From an uncultured Pseudomonadales bacterium (lineage in GTDB: Bacteria; Patescibacteriota; Microgenomatia; UBA1400; UBA1449), in assembly GCA_964386355.1 (NCBI GenBank), contig CAYLQQ010000006.1:2088-66087 (forward strand): a stretch of DNA of 64,000 nt, read 5' to 3'. Below, piece by piece: positions 18,937 to 28,800 of the stretch (positions are counted from its first letter, which is position 1; each line of letters opens with the position of its first letter). A model generated the notes under the pieces. That model saw only the letters and a program-made list of their open reading frames with translations. It made no database searches and was not told the origin of the DNA. Both the position numbers and the translations under genes were made by a program.

Positions 18937-20042
18937 TATTTACTCCGTATCGAATAATAGCTTCCCTTTGTCTTGCCCACCTTTTCAATCAACCCCTTAT
19001 CAATTAGTCCCTTAAGTTCTCGCAAAATGGTATCTTCTGAGATCATTGGCAACATGACCTGAGCGTCTTTCATGATCATCTGCTCGTGCTCCCGCATAAA
19101 CTCCAATAGTTTAATTTGTCGATCTGTTAATGCAATTTGCTGACCCAGTTTATTGAGCATCCTCTGGTCCATAGATAGCTGACGCACCTTTTCTTTAACC
19201 TGATCCAGTTCTTGAGCCAACCCAAACACGAAATATTCCAACCATGTTGTCATATCTCCGGTAATAGCAACACTCTGCAGCGCCTGATAGTACTCAACCG
19301 GATTTTTATCGTAATACTCTTCTAGGCTAAACAGTTTGCGGATATCATACCCCTCTCTAAACATAACTAGAGTAGCAAAAGCTCGTGCTACTCTACCATT
19401 GCCATCTACAAACGGGTGAATACGAACTAGTTCATAATGGGAAATTCCGGCTCTCAGAACAGGATGAATATCTTTAGAAACAAATGAGTTGATCCACTCT
19501 AAAAAGTGTTCGATCTGAAACGGAACCTCGATAGGATTTGGGGGACGAAAACTAATCTCCCCTGTAGCGGCATCCTTAATGACAACCTTGGCTGTCCGGT
19601 AATGCCCTGACTGGTCTGTGGACAAAATTTTATCTACACAGAGCTTGTGCATATACTTGATCTCATTTTCCTGATAGCGGGTGAATTTCTGGGTGGCTTC
19701 AAACAGGCTATCAACGTACTCCATAACTTTGCGGTAGTTGATGATCTCCTGAATATCACGGTCCCTGGCAACCACACCAGTTTCTGTAGCAATGACTTTG
19801 GGAGCTTTGAAGATGTTGTTTTCTTTCTCAAGATGGTCGTAGACTACTTTGGCTTGTCCTAGGGTTAGGTCATTACCCTCCAGATGTGTGCCGTAGTGGA
19901 CGGTACGAATAACCGCCTCTTCCTGAAACTTTTTCTCCCAGGCAGGAATGATGGGAGCAACATCGATCATGCCTTTAGCTCCCTCAATTTTACCTATGTA
20001 CGTTAATATTTTGTTGGAAATGGAGTATTTTGGTTCAAACAT
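18936..20042 (-). CDS. Fic-family protein (AMPylator-type) with N-terminal inhibitory-helix-like motif and C-terminal winged helix
   Basis: 368 aa. Fic active-site motif HPFVDGNGRVARA. N-terminal GTHLEGN resembles the (S/T)xxxE(G/N) auto-inhibitory motif of class II Fic proteins (one residue short). C-terminal HTH-like domain. The stop overlaps the ligase start by 1 nt. Confidence 0.82.
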   Translation of the reverse strand: MFEPKYSISNKILTYIGKIEGAKGMIDVAPIIPAWEKKFQEEAVIRTVHYGTHLEGNDLTLGQAKVVYDHLEKENNIFKAPKVIATETGVVARDRDIQEIINYRKVMEYVDSLFEATQKFTRYQENEIKYMHKLCVDKILSTDQSGHYRTAKVVIKDAATGEISFRPPNPIEVPFQIEHFLEWINSFVSKDIHPVLRAGISHYELVRIHPFVDGNGRVARAFATLVMFREGYDIRKLFSLEEYYDKNPVEYYQALQSVAITGDMTTWLEYFVFGLAQELDQVKEKVRQLSMDQRMLNKLGQQIALTDRQIKLLEFMREHEQMIMKDAQVMLPMISEDTILRELKGLIDKGLIEKVGKTKGSYYSIRSK

Positions 20043-20218
20043 GAAATTGTAGTAAGAAGTATGAAGTAAGAAGTATGCAAATTAGGTATAGAATCTCATG
20101 TTTCATACTCCATGATCCATGCTTCACCTCTTTGATTCTCGCATTTTTTGCGGAGATTGGCAAGCGGGATATAACCCTGTATATGTATTGCATTGATAGT
20201 TTTTGCTATCATAAATGC

Positions 20219-20911
20219 ATGAGTAAGAATACCCTCATGTGTATAGGTCTTGCTGTTTTTATTCTTTCGATTGGTTTAATAACACTTATTCCAGAAATCA
20301 ACCAGCTAAAATTTTCACAGCAAAAAGTTTCTCAATCACATTTATCAGGCCAGTTTGATCAGTCAATATCAGAGGCGTATTTTAATAACAAATCTGTAAA
20401 TCACCCATCCATTCCACAAACAGATCAACAGAGACAGGTCATGGGAGATACTACCGGTACGCACAAATGGATCGAGGTTGACCTGACCAACCAGAGGCTC
20501 TATGCATATGAAGATGGATATAAAGTCTTTGACTTTCTGGTTTCGACCGGTAAATGGGGCAGAACCCCAATCGGTACATTCGACATCTGGATCAAACTGC
20601 GCTACACCACTATGTCCGGAGGCAATAAAGCTCTTGGAACGTACTACTATCTACCTAACGTTCCCTTTACTATGTTTTTTTATAATACTGATTATCCGAA
20701 ATGGGTTGGCTATGGGATACATGGAACCTACTGGCATGAGAATTTTGGCCATCCAATGTCACATGGGTGTATCAATATGAAAAATGAAGAAGTAGAACAG
20801 CTCTACTACTGGGCTCAACCCGATTTGCCGGATGGTAAAACCAGCACAACTACTACGACAGATAATCCTGGTACAAAGGTGTATATTTACGGAGTAGCAC
20901 CGAAAGAATGA
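20219..20911 (+). CDS. L,D-transpeptidase (YkuD family)
   Basis: The track ORF is open from 20075. The likely start is the ATG at 20219 (MSKNTLMCIGLAVFILSIGLITLI, the anchor). Catalytic motif HGTYWHENFGHPMSHGCINM (His...SHGC). Confidence 0.78.
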   Translation: MSKNTLMCIGLAVFILSIGLITLIPEINQLKFSQQKVSQSHLSGQFDQSISEAYFNNKSVNHPSIPQTDQQRQVMGDTTGTHKWIEVDLTNQRLYAYEDGYKVFDFLVSTGKWGRTPIGTFDIWIKLRYTTMSGGNKALGTYYYLPNVPFTMFFYNTDYPKWVGYGIHGTYWHENFGHPMSHGCINMKNEEVEQLYYWAQPDLPDGKTSTTTTTDNPGTKVYIYGVAPKE

Positions 20912-21783
20912 TTAAGAGATCTCCATATAACCTCTGGTACTTTTTTAGCCAAATCATCGGCATTAAAGTAAGGACCAACCTTTTTATATAACTCATCTCC
21001 AGTAAAACCATTCATATATGTTCCAACTAAGGTAGCGGTTAACGCATCGTTGGTTGTTGCCAGAGAAGCAACTAGGCCTGCCAACACATCACCAGTCCCC
21101 CCTTTTGTCATGCCTTCATTTCCTGTTTTGTTAAAAAAAGTATCTTTGCCATCGGTAATAATATCAATGGGACCTTTGAGTACAATAGTGCAATTATATA
21201 TACCAGCTATCTCTCTAATAAAATTTGCAGTTTGTTCTATATCATCCCATGCTCCATACTCCTTACTTCTTGTTTCAAAAAATGTGGTGAATTCTTTCTT
21301 ATGTGGAGTAACAATCAAGTTTTTAACGCCAATTCTGAATATTTCTTCAGCTTTGACCGATTGCAAGGCCCCTGCATCCAAAACCCATTTTTTATTAGGG
21401 AATTTTTCTAGCAGATCCAAGACTAACTTCCTCACTTGTTCACCACTTTCTCCCGTACCCGTATACTCTTCGTTTCCCCTCACCATACCCGGACCAATTA
21501 GAACCGCATCTGACTGCTCTATGTAATCTGCTTCTTTACCATAGGGAACTGCAATAAAAGAGTACAAACCATTCTTTAGTGTATTGGTGAATTCCAGGTT
21601 TTCTTCTACAGAAACAAAGTAGGTCATGTCCACTAAGCGAGAAGCAACTTGCAGGGCAAGCATGGTTGAACCATGGAACAGTTTTGACCCCCCTATAATA
21701 GTCAGCTTCCCATTATCACCTTTATGAGTATTCTTAATAGGTAGTTTGAGTTGTTTGATGATAGAGGGGTCAATAAATCGCAT
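20887..21783 (-). CDS. nnrD: ADP-dependent NAD(P)H-hydrate dehydratase (YjeF C-terminal domain family)
   Basis: 298 aa. Signature KGGTGDVLAGLVASL (GxGDxLxG) and a ribokinase-like fold pattern. Confidence 0.72.
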   Translation of the reverse strand: MRFIDPSIIKQLKLPIKNTHKGDNGKLTIIGGSKLFHGSTMLALQVASRLVDMTYFVSVEENLEFTNTLKNGLYSFIAVPYGKEADYIEQSDAVLIGPGMVRGNEEYTGTGESGEQVRKLVLDLLEKFPNKKWVLDAGALQSVKAEEIFRIGVKNLIVTPHKKEFTTFFETRSKEYGAWDDIEQTANFIREIAGIYNCTIVLKGPIDIITDGKDTFFNKTGNEGMTKGGTGDVLAGLVASLATTNDALTATLVGTYMNGFTGDELYKKVGPYFNADDLAKKVPEVIWRSLNHSFGATP

Positions 21784-21831
21784 AGGTATCTATTATATTT
21801 AGTAGGGAGTTAATTTTCTCAAACTCTTTTA

Positions 21832-22887
21832 TTAAACTAACTCAATTACATCCACATCACTTTTTTTTATAAAACCTGCTTCAGTCGTAGTAATAATCGT
21901 CTGCTGGCCGGAAATCAGCTGCATGACCAGCTCATCATTTCTTATATCTAACTCAGAGAATATGTCATCTAATAGTAACACTGGTTTTTCATCTGATTTC
22001 TGCTTTATATACTGCAATTGAACAAGCTTGAGAGTTAATACTGCTAAACGTTGTTCACCTCTTGATCCAAACGTTGCCAAATCCCTCTGTTTTTCTTCTT
22101 TGCTTTCCTGATACACCTCAAAGTCATCTCGGTGCGGTCCTACTAGTGTTGTCCCCGTAGCAATTTCTCCTGTCTGGTGTTCTTCTAAGCGTTTTTCTGA
22201 TATTGGACTGGGTATATATGCAACTCGGTACTGAGGTAAGCTCGTTTTATGTTCAGCCCCAAGAATACTATTTGCATAATCAATATACGCCTCACGTTTT
22301 TGTCTAATGATATCGCCATTTTTTACCAGCAACCTATTCCAAAACTCAAGCTGCATCAGTTTACCTGATCCCTCACGGATAAATGTGAGTACGCGGTTAC
22401 GCTGCCTAATTCCTTTTTGATAAGCCAATAGACAACGGTCATACTCTGGATCGACTTGGGAAAGCACGAAGTCTAGATAATCTCGTCTGGCTGAAGGGCT
22501 GCCAATAACCAAATCAAGGTCACGAGGTTCAAATAGCACCGTTTTTAGCTGACCTACAAAATCTTTTCTCCGTTTTGGAGCACCATTGATCAGGTACCGT
22601 TTCTTGGCTACTTTTTTGCCTTGCCAGAGTCCGCGTGTGAGCAGAACCTCCAAGCTTTCCCCTTCTATCACCCCGCTTACTCTCCCAAAGTCAGCGCCGA
22701 AATTAATCATCTCATCATCCTTACCTGCCCGAAAACTACGACCTATAGACAGAAGTACAATACTTTCTAAAATATTAGTTTTCCCAATCGCATTTGGACC
22801 CACCAGTACTGTAACCGGTTTTGAAAATGTAATAGATCGTTGTTGATATGACCTGAAATCTTTTAAGTTAATTGAAGATAAAAACAT
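21832..22887 (-). CDS. recF: DNA replication and repair protein RecF
   Basis: 351 aa. Walker A GPNAIGKTNILESI at the N-terminus and an SMC-like signature region at the C-terminus. Confidence 0.85.
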   Translation of the reverse strand: MFLSSINLKDFRSYQQRSITFSKPVTVLVGPNAIGKTNILESIVLLSIGRSFRAGKDDEMINFGADFGRVSGVIEGESLEVLLTRGLWQGKKVAKKRYLINGAPKRRKDFVGQLKTVLFEPRDLDLVIGSPSARRDYLDFVLSQVDPEYDRCLLAYQKGIRQRNRVLTFIREGSGKLMQLEFWNRLLVKNGDIIRQKREAYIDYANSILGAEHKTSLPQYRVAYIPSPISEKRLEEHQTGEIATGTTLVGPHRDDFEVYQESKEEKQRDLATFGSRGEQRLAVLTLKLVQLQYIKQKSDEKPVLLLDDIFSELDIRNDELVMQLISGQQTIITTTEAGFIKKSDVDVIELV

Positions 22888-22935
22888 ACATGTATATTAG
22901 CATGTTATTTCAATATATATACCAGAGTATTTCCA

Positions 22936-23814
22936 TTACTTTTTTATCTGACAGCAGGGACAAAAATAGGTACCACGCCCCCCAAGTTTTATTTTTTCAA
23001 TAGTTACACCGCATTTTTTACATTTCCTTTTATCCTGTTTGTAAATTAAAAACTCATCCTGATATGAACCTCCCAAACCCGTAATATGTACATAATTTGT
23101 CTGTGAAGCCCCACCTAATTCAATTCCCCGAAATAAAACCTTCTGAATTGCTTTAGCTAAAATATCCCATGATTTAGCTTTTACATTAGTAGCCTGAGTT
23201 AGGGGATGTATGCCAGCAAGATAAAGAGCGTCATTGACGTAAATGTTACCAAGGCCGGCAACTCTATCTTGCTCAAGAAGTACAATTTTTATCTGCCGTT
23301 TTGATTCTCCTACTGCTTTCTGTAATACTGTCCCGCTAAACGTAGGAAGTAAAGGATCCAAGCCTAAAAAACCTTTTTTTTCTTTCTCAAAATCTTCTGC
23401 ACTTTCTACTAGTTTCATCCAACCGAAAACGCGCATGTCATTAAAGAATAAAATTGAATTATCTAAAAAGGTAATTATCACTCTAGTGTGTTGACTGGGT
23501 AGCTCATTTATCCAATCAGCTGTCGGATGACCCCCTACAATTCTAGTCGCAGGTGTTTGGCCATTTGCTATTGGTTGATAAATCAACTGTCCTGTCATCT
23601 TAAGGTGAATTAACAGCTTAGGGAAAAGGGTATCAAATGAAATGATCAGCATCTTACCGATACGGGTAATAGAAGTAATTTCTTTATTGATCAAACTGTC
23701 TGGGTTACCCTGAAAACTTTTGGTACGTAACACTTTAATTTTCTTTGTTTTCTTTCCAATAATGACAGTTTCGAGTTGGCGTTTGAGAGTTTCTACTTCG
23801 GGGAGCTCGGGCAT
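22936..23814 (-). CDS. mutM: Formamidopyrimidine-DNA glycosylase
   Basis: 292 aa. N-terminus MPELPEVET (catalytic Pro2/Glu3). C-terminal zinc finger CKKCGVTIEKIKLGGRGTYFCPCCQ. Confidence 0.88.
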   Translation of the reverse strand: MPELPEVETLKRQLETVIIGKKTKKIKVLRTKSFQGNPDSLINKEITSITRIGKMLIISFDTLFPKLLIHLKMTGQLIYQPIANGQTPATRIVGGHPTADWINELPSQHTRVIITFLDNSILFFNDMRVFGWMKLVESAEDFEKEKKGFLGLDPLLPTFSGTVLQKAVGESKRQIKIVLLEQDRVAGLGNIYVNDALYLAGIHPLTQATNVKAKSWDILAKAIQKVLFRGIELGGASQTNYVHITGLGGSYQDEFLIYKQDKRKCKKCGVTIEKIKLGGRGTYFCPCCQIKK

Positions 23815-23831
23815 AATGGTATACTTAAACT

Positions 23832-24665
23832 ATGTTTCAACCAGATTTTATCACGATTTTCCTTCTTATCGTTGCTTTTGGCTTCGCAGTTTATAAAATA
23901 TCATTTTTTAGCAGAAAGAGTATTGGATATTTTTCGTTAGTACAGTTTATTTATCTAGTCATTATCCCTAGCTCGTTATTTATTGCCTTAAATTCACATA
24001 TTCAAATGGTAGTAGACCGCCCATTTAATCAAGCTACGTTTTTATCAGATAAATTAATACTAAATGTAATATTTTTATCTCAGCTTTTTACATATGGAGG
24101 CTTAGCAATACATGCTGTTACTAAAATGTTATGGGTTCATATGATCCCCAATGAAAGCGATTTATACAAAATTAATAGCTATTTTCATTTAAAATTTTCT
24201 CATAACCTTATATACAGTGGTGCCATTACTTTAGCATTATTTCTTTCCCTCCTCGAAATAAATCATGTCCCACCCGACCATAATTATAACCTTGGAATTT
24301 CAGTATTAGTGGGATTAATTTCAGGCATAGCATTAATTATGTCTATGTATTGGTATAAACCGTACGGTGAACAAAGATTCAGTAAATGGTCAGATTTAAA
24401 AACTGCATTTTTACTAGTGTGGCTTGGGTTAATTTTATTTATGCTTGCGATACGCAGAATCAGACCAGATATTAAAGAGTATCAGTTATTTATTCCGATG
24501 CTCTCTGGTTTTATTCTCATTACTTTGTTTAATATTCTTTTTGTCCTTCGGAAACTTAAAAAGGGAGGGTTCAGAATTTACTTGCGTTTGGGTAAGCAGG
24601 AGCAGAAAGTGTTAGAGGTTAATCAATCTTTTTTACATCCCCACAACAAACAATCCCCAACTTAA
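23832..24665 (+). CDS. Hypothetical polytopic membrane protein
   Basis: 277 aa with about 7 hydrophobic helices and no catalytic motif. Confidence 0.45.
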   Translation: MFQPDFITIFLLIVAFGFAVYKISFFSRKSIGYFSLVQFIYLVIIPSSLFIALNSHIQMVVDRPFNQATFLSDKLILNVIFLSQLFTYGGLAIHAVTKMLWVHMIPNESDLYKINSYFHLKFSHNLIYSGAITLALFLSLLEINHVPPDHNYNLGISVLVGLISGIALIMSMYWYKPYGEQRFSKWSDLKTAFLLVWLGLILFMLAIRRIRPDIKEYQLFIPMLSGFILITLFNILFVLRKLKKGGFRIYLRLGKQEQKVLEVNQSFLHPHNKQSPT

Positions 24666-24699
24666 GTCGGGGATTGTCTTTTTTAGCTTCGTTTTAAAC

Positions 24700-24897
24700 T
24701 TATGCTTTTTTCAAAACGGGCATTCCTGTTCTTTCAGTTTCAACGACTTTGTAGCCGGCTGGAACTGCGTCGAGTGAATTTTCACGAGTATCGCGTGCAA
24801 AGAAATAGATTCTCTGATTACGACCGCCACGTAAGGTAACATCTCGATAGTGCAGGAAATAGGTTACTCCTTTTGAATTTTTAAATGAAAATGCCAT
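24700..24897 (-). CDS. Small hypothetical protein (65 aa)
   Basis: Strong SD 7 nt upstream of the start (minus-strand aaggaggtgattactc-ATG). Product is MAFSFKNSKGVTYFLHYRDVTLRGGRNQRIYFFARDTRENSLDAVPAGYKVVETERTGMPVLKKA. Confidence 0.5.
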   Translation of the reverse strand: MAFSFKNSKGVTYFLHYRDVTLRGGRNQRIYFFARDTRENSLDAVPAGYKVVETERTGMPVLKKA

Positions 24898-25142
24898 GAG
24901 TAATCACCTCCTTAGGATTGCTGTACTAACAGCTTTTTTCGATTTTCCTCTGATAACAGAGGCACTACCCCATATTAGAAGATTATTAATAGAGGTGTCA
25001 ATAGGGAAAAGTGTAATTTTTGTACATTGTATTAGAGGCGTTATCATCAAAAATGATATTTATCTTGTAAAGGTAAGGTGATTTAATATATGAAGGTTTT
25101 GTAAGTTTTGTGTAAGAAAGCATAAGTAGAGTCAATTAGTAC

Positions 25143-25442
25143 TTATTCTTGTACCATCTCATTTAATCGTAGCACCATCTTTTCTATCTGTTTTTCAGTC
25201 ATCCCGTGGATTTGCGCCCCCTGTTCAATACTGTCAAAACTGGCCGCAAAACAGCCAGCGCAGTGCAAACCATAATCCTCAATAAGTACTTGAGCCAGTT
25301 TGGGGTAAGTTTGTATCAGTTCACCAAGGTTAGTGTGGTTAGTAATTGTTTTCATTACTGTTCTTGAGTTGCCATCACTCTCGAATGTAGATAGTATTAA
25401 TAATTCCTGAAATATTGTATTAATTAATGTAAATACGTGCAC
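25143..25442 (-). CDS. DUF1858-type redox-disulfide protein (hybrid-cluster-protein-associated family)
   Basis: 99 aa. Signature TYPKLAQVLIEDYGLHCAGCFAAS (CxxC). It is the last gene of the suf cluster. Confidence 0.6.
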   Translation of the reverse strand: MHVFTLINTIFQELLILSTFESDGNSRTVMKTITNHTNLGELIQTYPKLAQVLIEDYGLHCAGCFAASFDSIEQGAQIHGMTEKQIEKMVLRLNEMVQE

Positions 25443-25478
25443 ATGTCCCTATACCGTAAGAATCCGTTTAGGCAATAA

Positions 25479-25853
25479 CTATCGGGATTCTACCGCCTTC
25501 TGTAACGCCTTCAATGCCAGACTGGCACACTTGACTCTTCCTGCATTGACCGGTCCTCCAAGTAACTTATACAGATCTTCTAACGTCAGCTTGGCTATTT
25601 CCTCTTTACTTTTTCCTTTTACAGCTTCTGTGACCAAGGACGAGGCAGCTCTTGCCAGAGCACAGCCCTGGCATTGAAATTTGACATCTCCTACTGCTTG
25701 CTGATCAAATTTCACTTGAAGTTTGATTTTATCTCCACAACTGGCATTACTTTCATCTATTTCAACATCATGGTCCGATAGGATACCGCTGTTACGTGGA
25801 TATTTGGCGTGGTCAAGAATCTGATCTCTGTATAAAGGATCCATATGATACAT
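25479..25853 (-). CDS. sufU: SufU/IscU-like Fe-S cluster scaffold / sulfur acceptor
   Basis: 124 aa. NASCGDKIKL ... FQCQGCALARAASS gives three conserved Cys in NifU-N-like spacing. Confidence 0.78.
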   Translation of the reverse strand: MYHMDPLYRDQILDHAKYPRNSGILSDHDVEIDESNASCGDKIKLQVKFDQQAVGDVKFQCQGCALARAASSLVTEAVKGKSKEEIAKLTLEDLYKLLGGPVNAGRVKCASLALKALQKAVESR

Positions 25854-26478
25854 TTCTCTGTATAACTACTCTGGCAAAAATGTAAAAAGCTGCAGCTGCG
25901 CAAAGATGCCAGATAAAATGTGTTCCCATTGGGATTATCTCACAAACTCCTTTTTCGAAAACACGGCTTAGAGCACCTATGCTGTAAAGTAAAACACCAA
26001 CTATCAATATCTTTGGATAACTTGAGTAAATCTGTTTGATTATATACGATCCACCTGCTAGTACCAGTCCCAGCGCTATTCCAATAGTAATGTTAAAATC
26101 TATAGAGTTCAATCGCGGCAAAACGACAGTAGTTATTCCTTCAATACCTACAATAATCCCGGTCACTTTCCATGGGGCGTTACCATGCGTACCGACTTGT
26201 TGTTGCAATAAAAATATTAGCACTGATAATAGAATATATACAGGTACAGCATCGAGCAAAAGTGCCGGCACTGTCAAAACCGAGTGGTACAGGATACTAC
26301 CGATACCAATCATCCAAAATAGTAATGTTAAAATCAGATATAGATTATTTTGCCTGTCTTCTTTTAGTACCAGCTTCAAAATTGAAAAGCCTGCTATAAA
26401 GTATGCAAAACTGGAAAATATGTTCCAGATCGCAAAACCTTGTTCACAATAGGGAAGTTGCATAATTTGTATAAGCAT
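25813..26478 (-). CDS. Hypothetical polytopic membrane protein embedded in the suf operon
   Basis: 221 aa with about 6-7 TM helices. The start overlaps the sufS stop, and the 3' end overlaps the sufU start region in the track. Confidence 0.45.
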   Translation of the reverse strand: MLIQIMQLPYCEQGFAIWNIFSSFAYFIAGFSILKLVLKEDRQNNLYLILTLLFWMIGIGSILYHSVLTVPALLLDAVPVYILLSVLIFLLQQQVGTHGNAPWKVTGIIVGIEGITTVVLPRLNSIDFNITIGIALGLVLAGGSYIIKQIYSSYPKILIVGVLLYSIGALSRVFEKGVCEIIPMGTHFIWHLCAAAAFYIFARVVIQRNVSYGSFIQRSDS

Positions 26479-27725
26479 TAAACTCCAAATATCTTCTCTG
26501 CCTTCACTATCCCCTGGATCATTCTGTCGATCTCATCTTTGGTATTATAAAAATAACACGAAACCCGACAGCTGGCATCAACACCCAGGTAATTGTGCAA
26601 AGGCATTGCACAGTGGTGGCCTGAACGTACTGCCACCCCAACCGAGTCAATAACCTGAGCAAGATCATGGGCATGGATCGTATCGTGCCAAAAACTAATT
26701 AAGCCTGTTTTAGTTTCCGTTATGTAGTTGGGGCCAAGAATATGGATGTGTTTGAGGATTGAAAGCCTATCTAAACAAGCATGCACTAAGCTTTGCTCGT
26801 ACTTGACTACCTCATCCATACCTACTGTAGTCAGGTATTCTATAGCTGTACCTATACCAACAGCCCCGCCCACATTTGGCGTACCTGCTTCAAATTTGTA
26901 GGGTAGTTCATTGGCAGTAAAGTGATCTGTAAAAACCTCAGCTATCATATCTCCACCCCCCATAAACGGTTCCATTTCATTTAAAATGTTTTCTCTCCCC
27001 CACAACACACCAATTCCCATCGGACCTAGCATTTTATGACCTGAAAAGGCTACAAAATCGGCTTTGAGTTTTTTAACTTCGATCTTTAGATGAGGTATGC
27101 TCTGGGCAGCATCAAGAATACATAGAATTTCTGGATTGTACTTTTTTGCTCGCTGGAAAATTTCCTCAACCGGATTTATCAAGCCAAGCACGTTTGATAC
27201 GTGGATTAGGCTGATCACTTTCGTTTTTTCGTTTAGAAGTGATTCGAAACTATCAGTATCTTTCCCATCCAACTTAAGATTTCCATCTTCATTAAGTCCA
27301 ATAAATCTAATAACAGCCCCGGTTTTACTAGCCACTATCTGCCAGGGAACGATGTTTGAGTGATGTTCGGAAATGGAGAGAATGATCTCATCACCTTTTT
27401 TCAGATTTGCCAATCCCCAGCTATAGGCAACTAGATTGATAGACTCAGTAGTATTGCGGGTAAAAATGGTCTCTTGAAACGTTGCCCCAATAAAATCTGC
27501 CACTGTCTGCCTGGATTGTTCATAGGCCTGTGTTGCTTCTTCCGACAAGACATGCACCCCTCTGTGAATATTGGCGTTATGTTGACGGTAGTACGTAACC
27601 ATAGCCTCCAAAACCTGAACCGGTTTTTGAGACGTGGCTGCGTTATCCAGGTACGCCAAAGGAAATCCATGGATTTGGCGGGAGAGAATAGGAAAGTCAG
27701 ATCTGATTTGAGAAAGATTAAGCAT
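26478..27725 (-). CDS. sufS: Cysteine desulfurase SufS (class V aminotransferase fold)
   Basis: The likely start is the ATG at 27725 (MLNLSQIRSDFPIL). The track's longer start at 27815 overlaps the neighbouring gene. PLP-Lys motif SGHKMLGPMGIGVLWG. C-terminal catalytic Cys loop RSGHHCAMP. Confidence 0.85.
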   Translation of the reverse strand: MLNLSQIRSDFPILSRQIHGFPLAYLDNAATSQKPVQVLEAMVTYYRQHNANIHRGVHVLSEEATQAYEQSRQTVADFIGATFQETIFTRNTTESINLVAYSWGLANLKKGDEIILSISEHHSNIVPWQIVASKTGAVIRFIGLNEDGNLKLDGKDTDSFESLLNEKTKVISLIHVSNVLGLINPVEEIFQRAKKYNPEILCILDAAQSIPHLKIEVKKLKADFVAFSGHKMLGPMGIGVLWGRENILNEMEPFMGGGDMIAEVFTDHFTANELPYKFEAGTPNVGGAVGIGTAIEYLTTVGMDEVVKYEQSLVHACLDRLSILKHIHILGPNYITETKTGLISFWHDTIHAHDLAQVIDSVGVAVRSGHHCAMPLHNYLGVDASCRVSCYFYNTKDEIDRMIQGIVKAEKIFGV

Positions 27726-28800
27726 AGGTTTTATATCTCTGTAACCGCTTTGGTATAATAGGTTTTTTATATTCCGTAATTTTATCGATATCCTGCAACC
27801 CAATTTTACCAGCAAACAGTTTATTTACATCTCTACCTTCATCTACATATTTTTTAACCTCAAGCATACCCTCATAGTACATAGCTTCTTTGGTAAACAA
27901 ACCGGGTTTTGATGTGTCAGATATTCCGCGCTTAAGCCTAAAGGCACGTCGGAATGCTAATTTTTTACTTAATCCATATGTAATCAGCATTTCGTACACA
28001 AGTCTGAAACCTTCTGTTTTAGCTAATCTACCTGCTAGGTACTTGGCCGCGTGTTTTTTACGGCTGTATGGTCCATTCTCAGAACAATAATCTTCAAGAA
28101 AACTAGCCAAACCCTCTTCAGTTTTTAGATAAAAAGGAAATTGTCTGCCAAGATACCCTGATTGCGTGTGCATATTGATTGCTCTCACGAGATGGCCGTC
28201 TATTTCATGAGCTATGGTCGCTTCCGGATGATACTCAGCAAAGTTAATGCTAATATAGATTTTTTTAAATCGAGGCTGAATTTTGACTGCAAAATCAGTA
28301 CGACTACTTTTTTCTACAGTCCAATCGCTAATCTGATACTCATCCAGAAGGTACCTATAAATGATATTCACAATATCATCCGCATTAGTGATATCTCTGT
28401 TTATTGGTGTTGGCTCATTTTGACTGTCTTTTTCAGCCATTACAAGGTAAATATCCTCGAACGTGCATGGGTATAATGCTTGCACAGCAGTAAAATACTG
28501 TTCTGATCCTCTATACAGACTCATGTTCAGTTTGCACTTTAATTCCTCTACAACTCTAGCTAAATAATACTGTTCTAATTCATTATCTGATTGAACTTTT
28601 GCCATATGTTCAAGTTTATCCAGTAATACTTGTAACTCTTGTTTTGGAATTTCCGGATAGACAAATAGGGGGTTACTTATTTTGTTTAGTAAAAATAGCT
28701 CCTTTTGTTCATCGTAGTTAAGAGGCATAAACCATTGAGAGGTATGTAAAAAGTTTTTTACTTTGCTGATAAGTTGTGATATTTCATTAACTGAGTTCAT
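27718..28800 (-). CDS. HExxxH-motif protein with an EEGLA motif (DUF1704/QEGLA-like putative metalloenzyme) inserted in the suf operon
   Basis: 360 aa. Motifs are IAHEIDGHLVRA (H-E-x-x-x-H) and KTEEGLASFLEDY (resembling the QEGLA motif). The family assignment is tentative. Confidence 0.45.
   Translation of the reverse strand: MNSVNEISQLISKVKNFLHTSQWFMPLNYDEQKELFLLNKISNPLFVYPEIPKQELQVLLDKLEHMAKVQSDNELEQYYLARVVEELKCKLNMSLYRGSEQYFTAVQALYPCTFEDIYLVMAEKDSQNEPTPINRDITNADDIVNIIYRYLLDEYQISDWTVEKSSRTDFAVKIQPRFKKIYISINFAEYHPEATIAHEIDGHLVRAINMHTQSGYLGRQFPFYLKTEEGLASFLEDYCSENGPYSRKKHAAKYLAGRLAKTEGFRLVYEMLITYGLSKKLAFRRAFRLKRGISDTSKPGLFTKEAMYYEGMLEVKKYVDEGRDVNKLFAGKIGLQDIDKITEYKKPIIPKRLQRYKTYA

Noticed and set aside
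24898-25142. Hairpin cctctg-ataa-cagagg with an adjacent T-run in the 245-bp gap, considered as a terminator
   Set aside because: The T-run precedes the stem on the plus strand, and the minus-strand RNA has an A-rich tail. It is therefore not a canonical intrinsic terminator in either direction. It is probably just leader structure upstream of the small ORF's strong SD.
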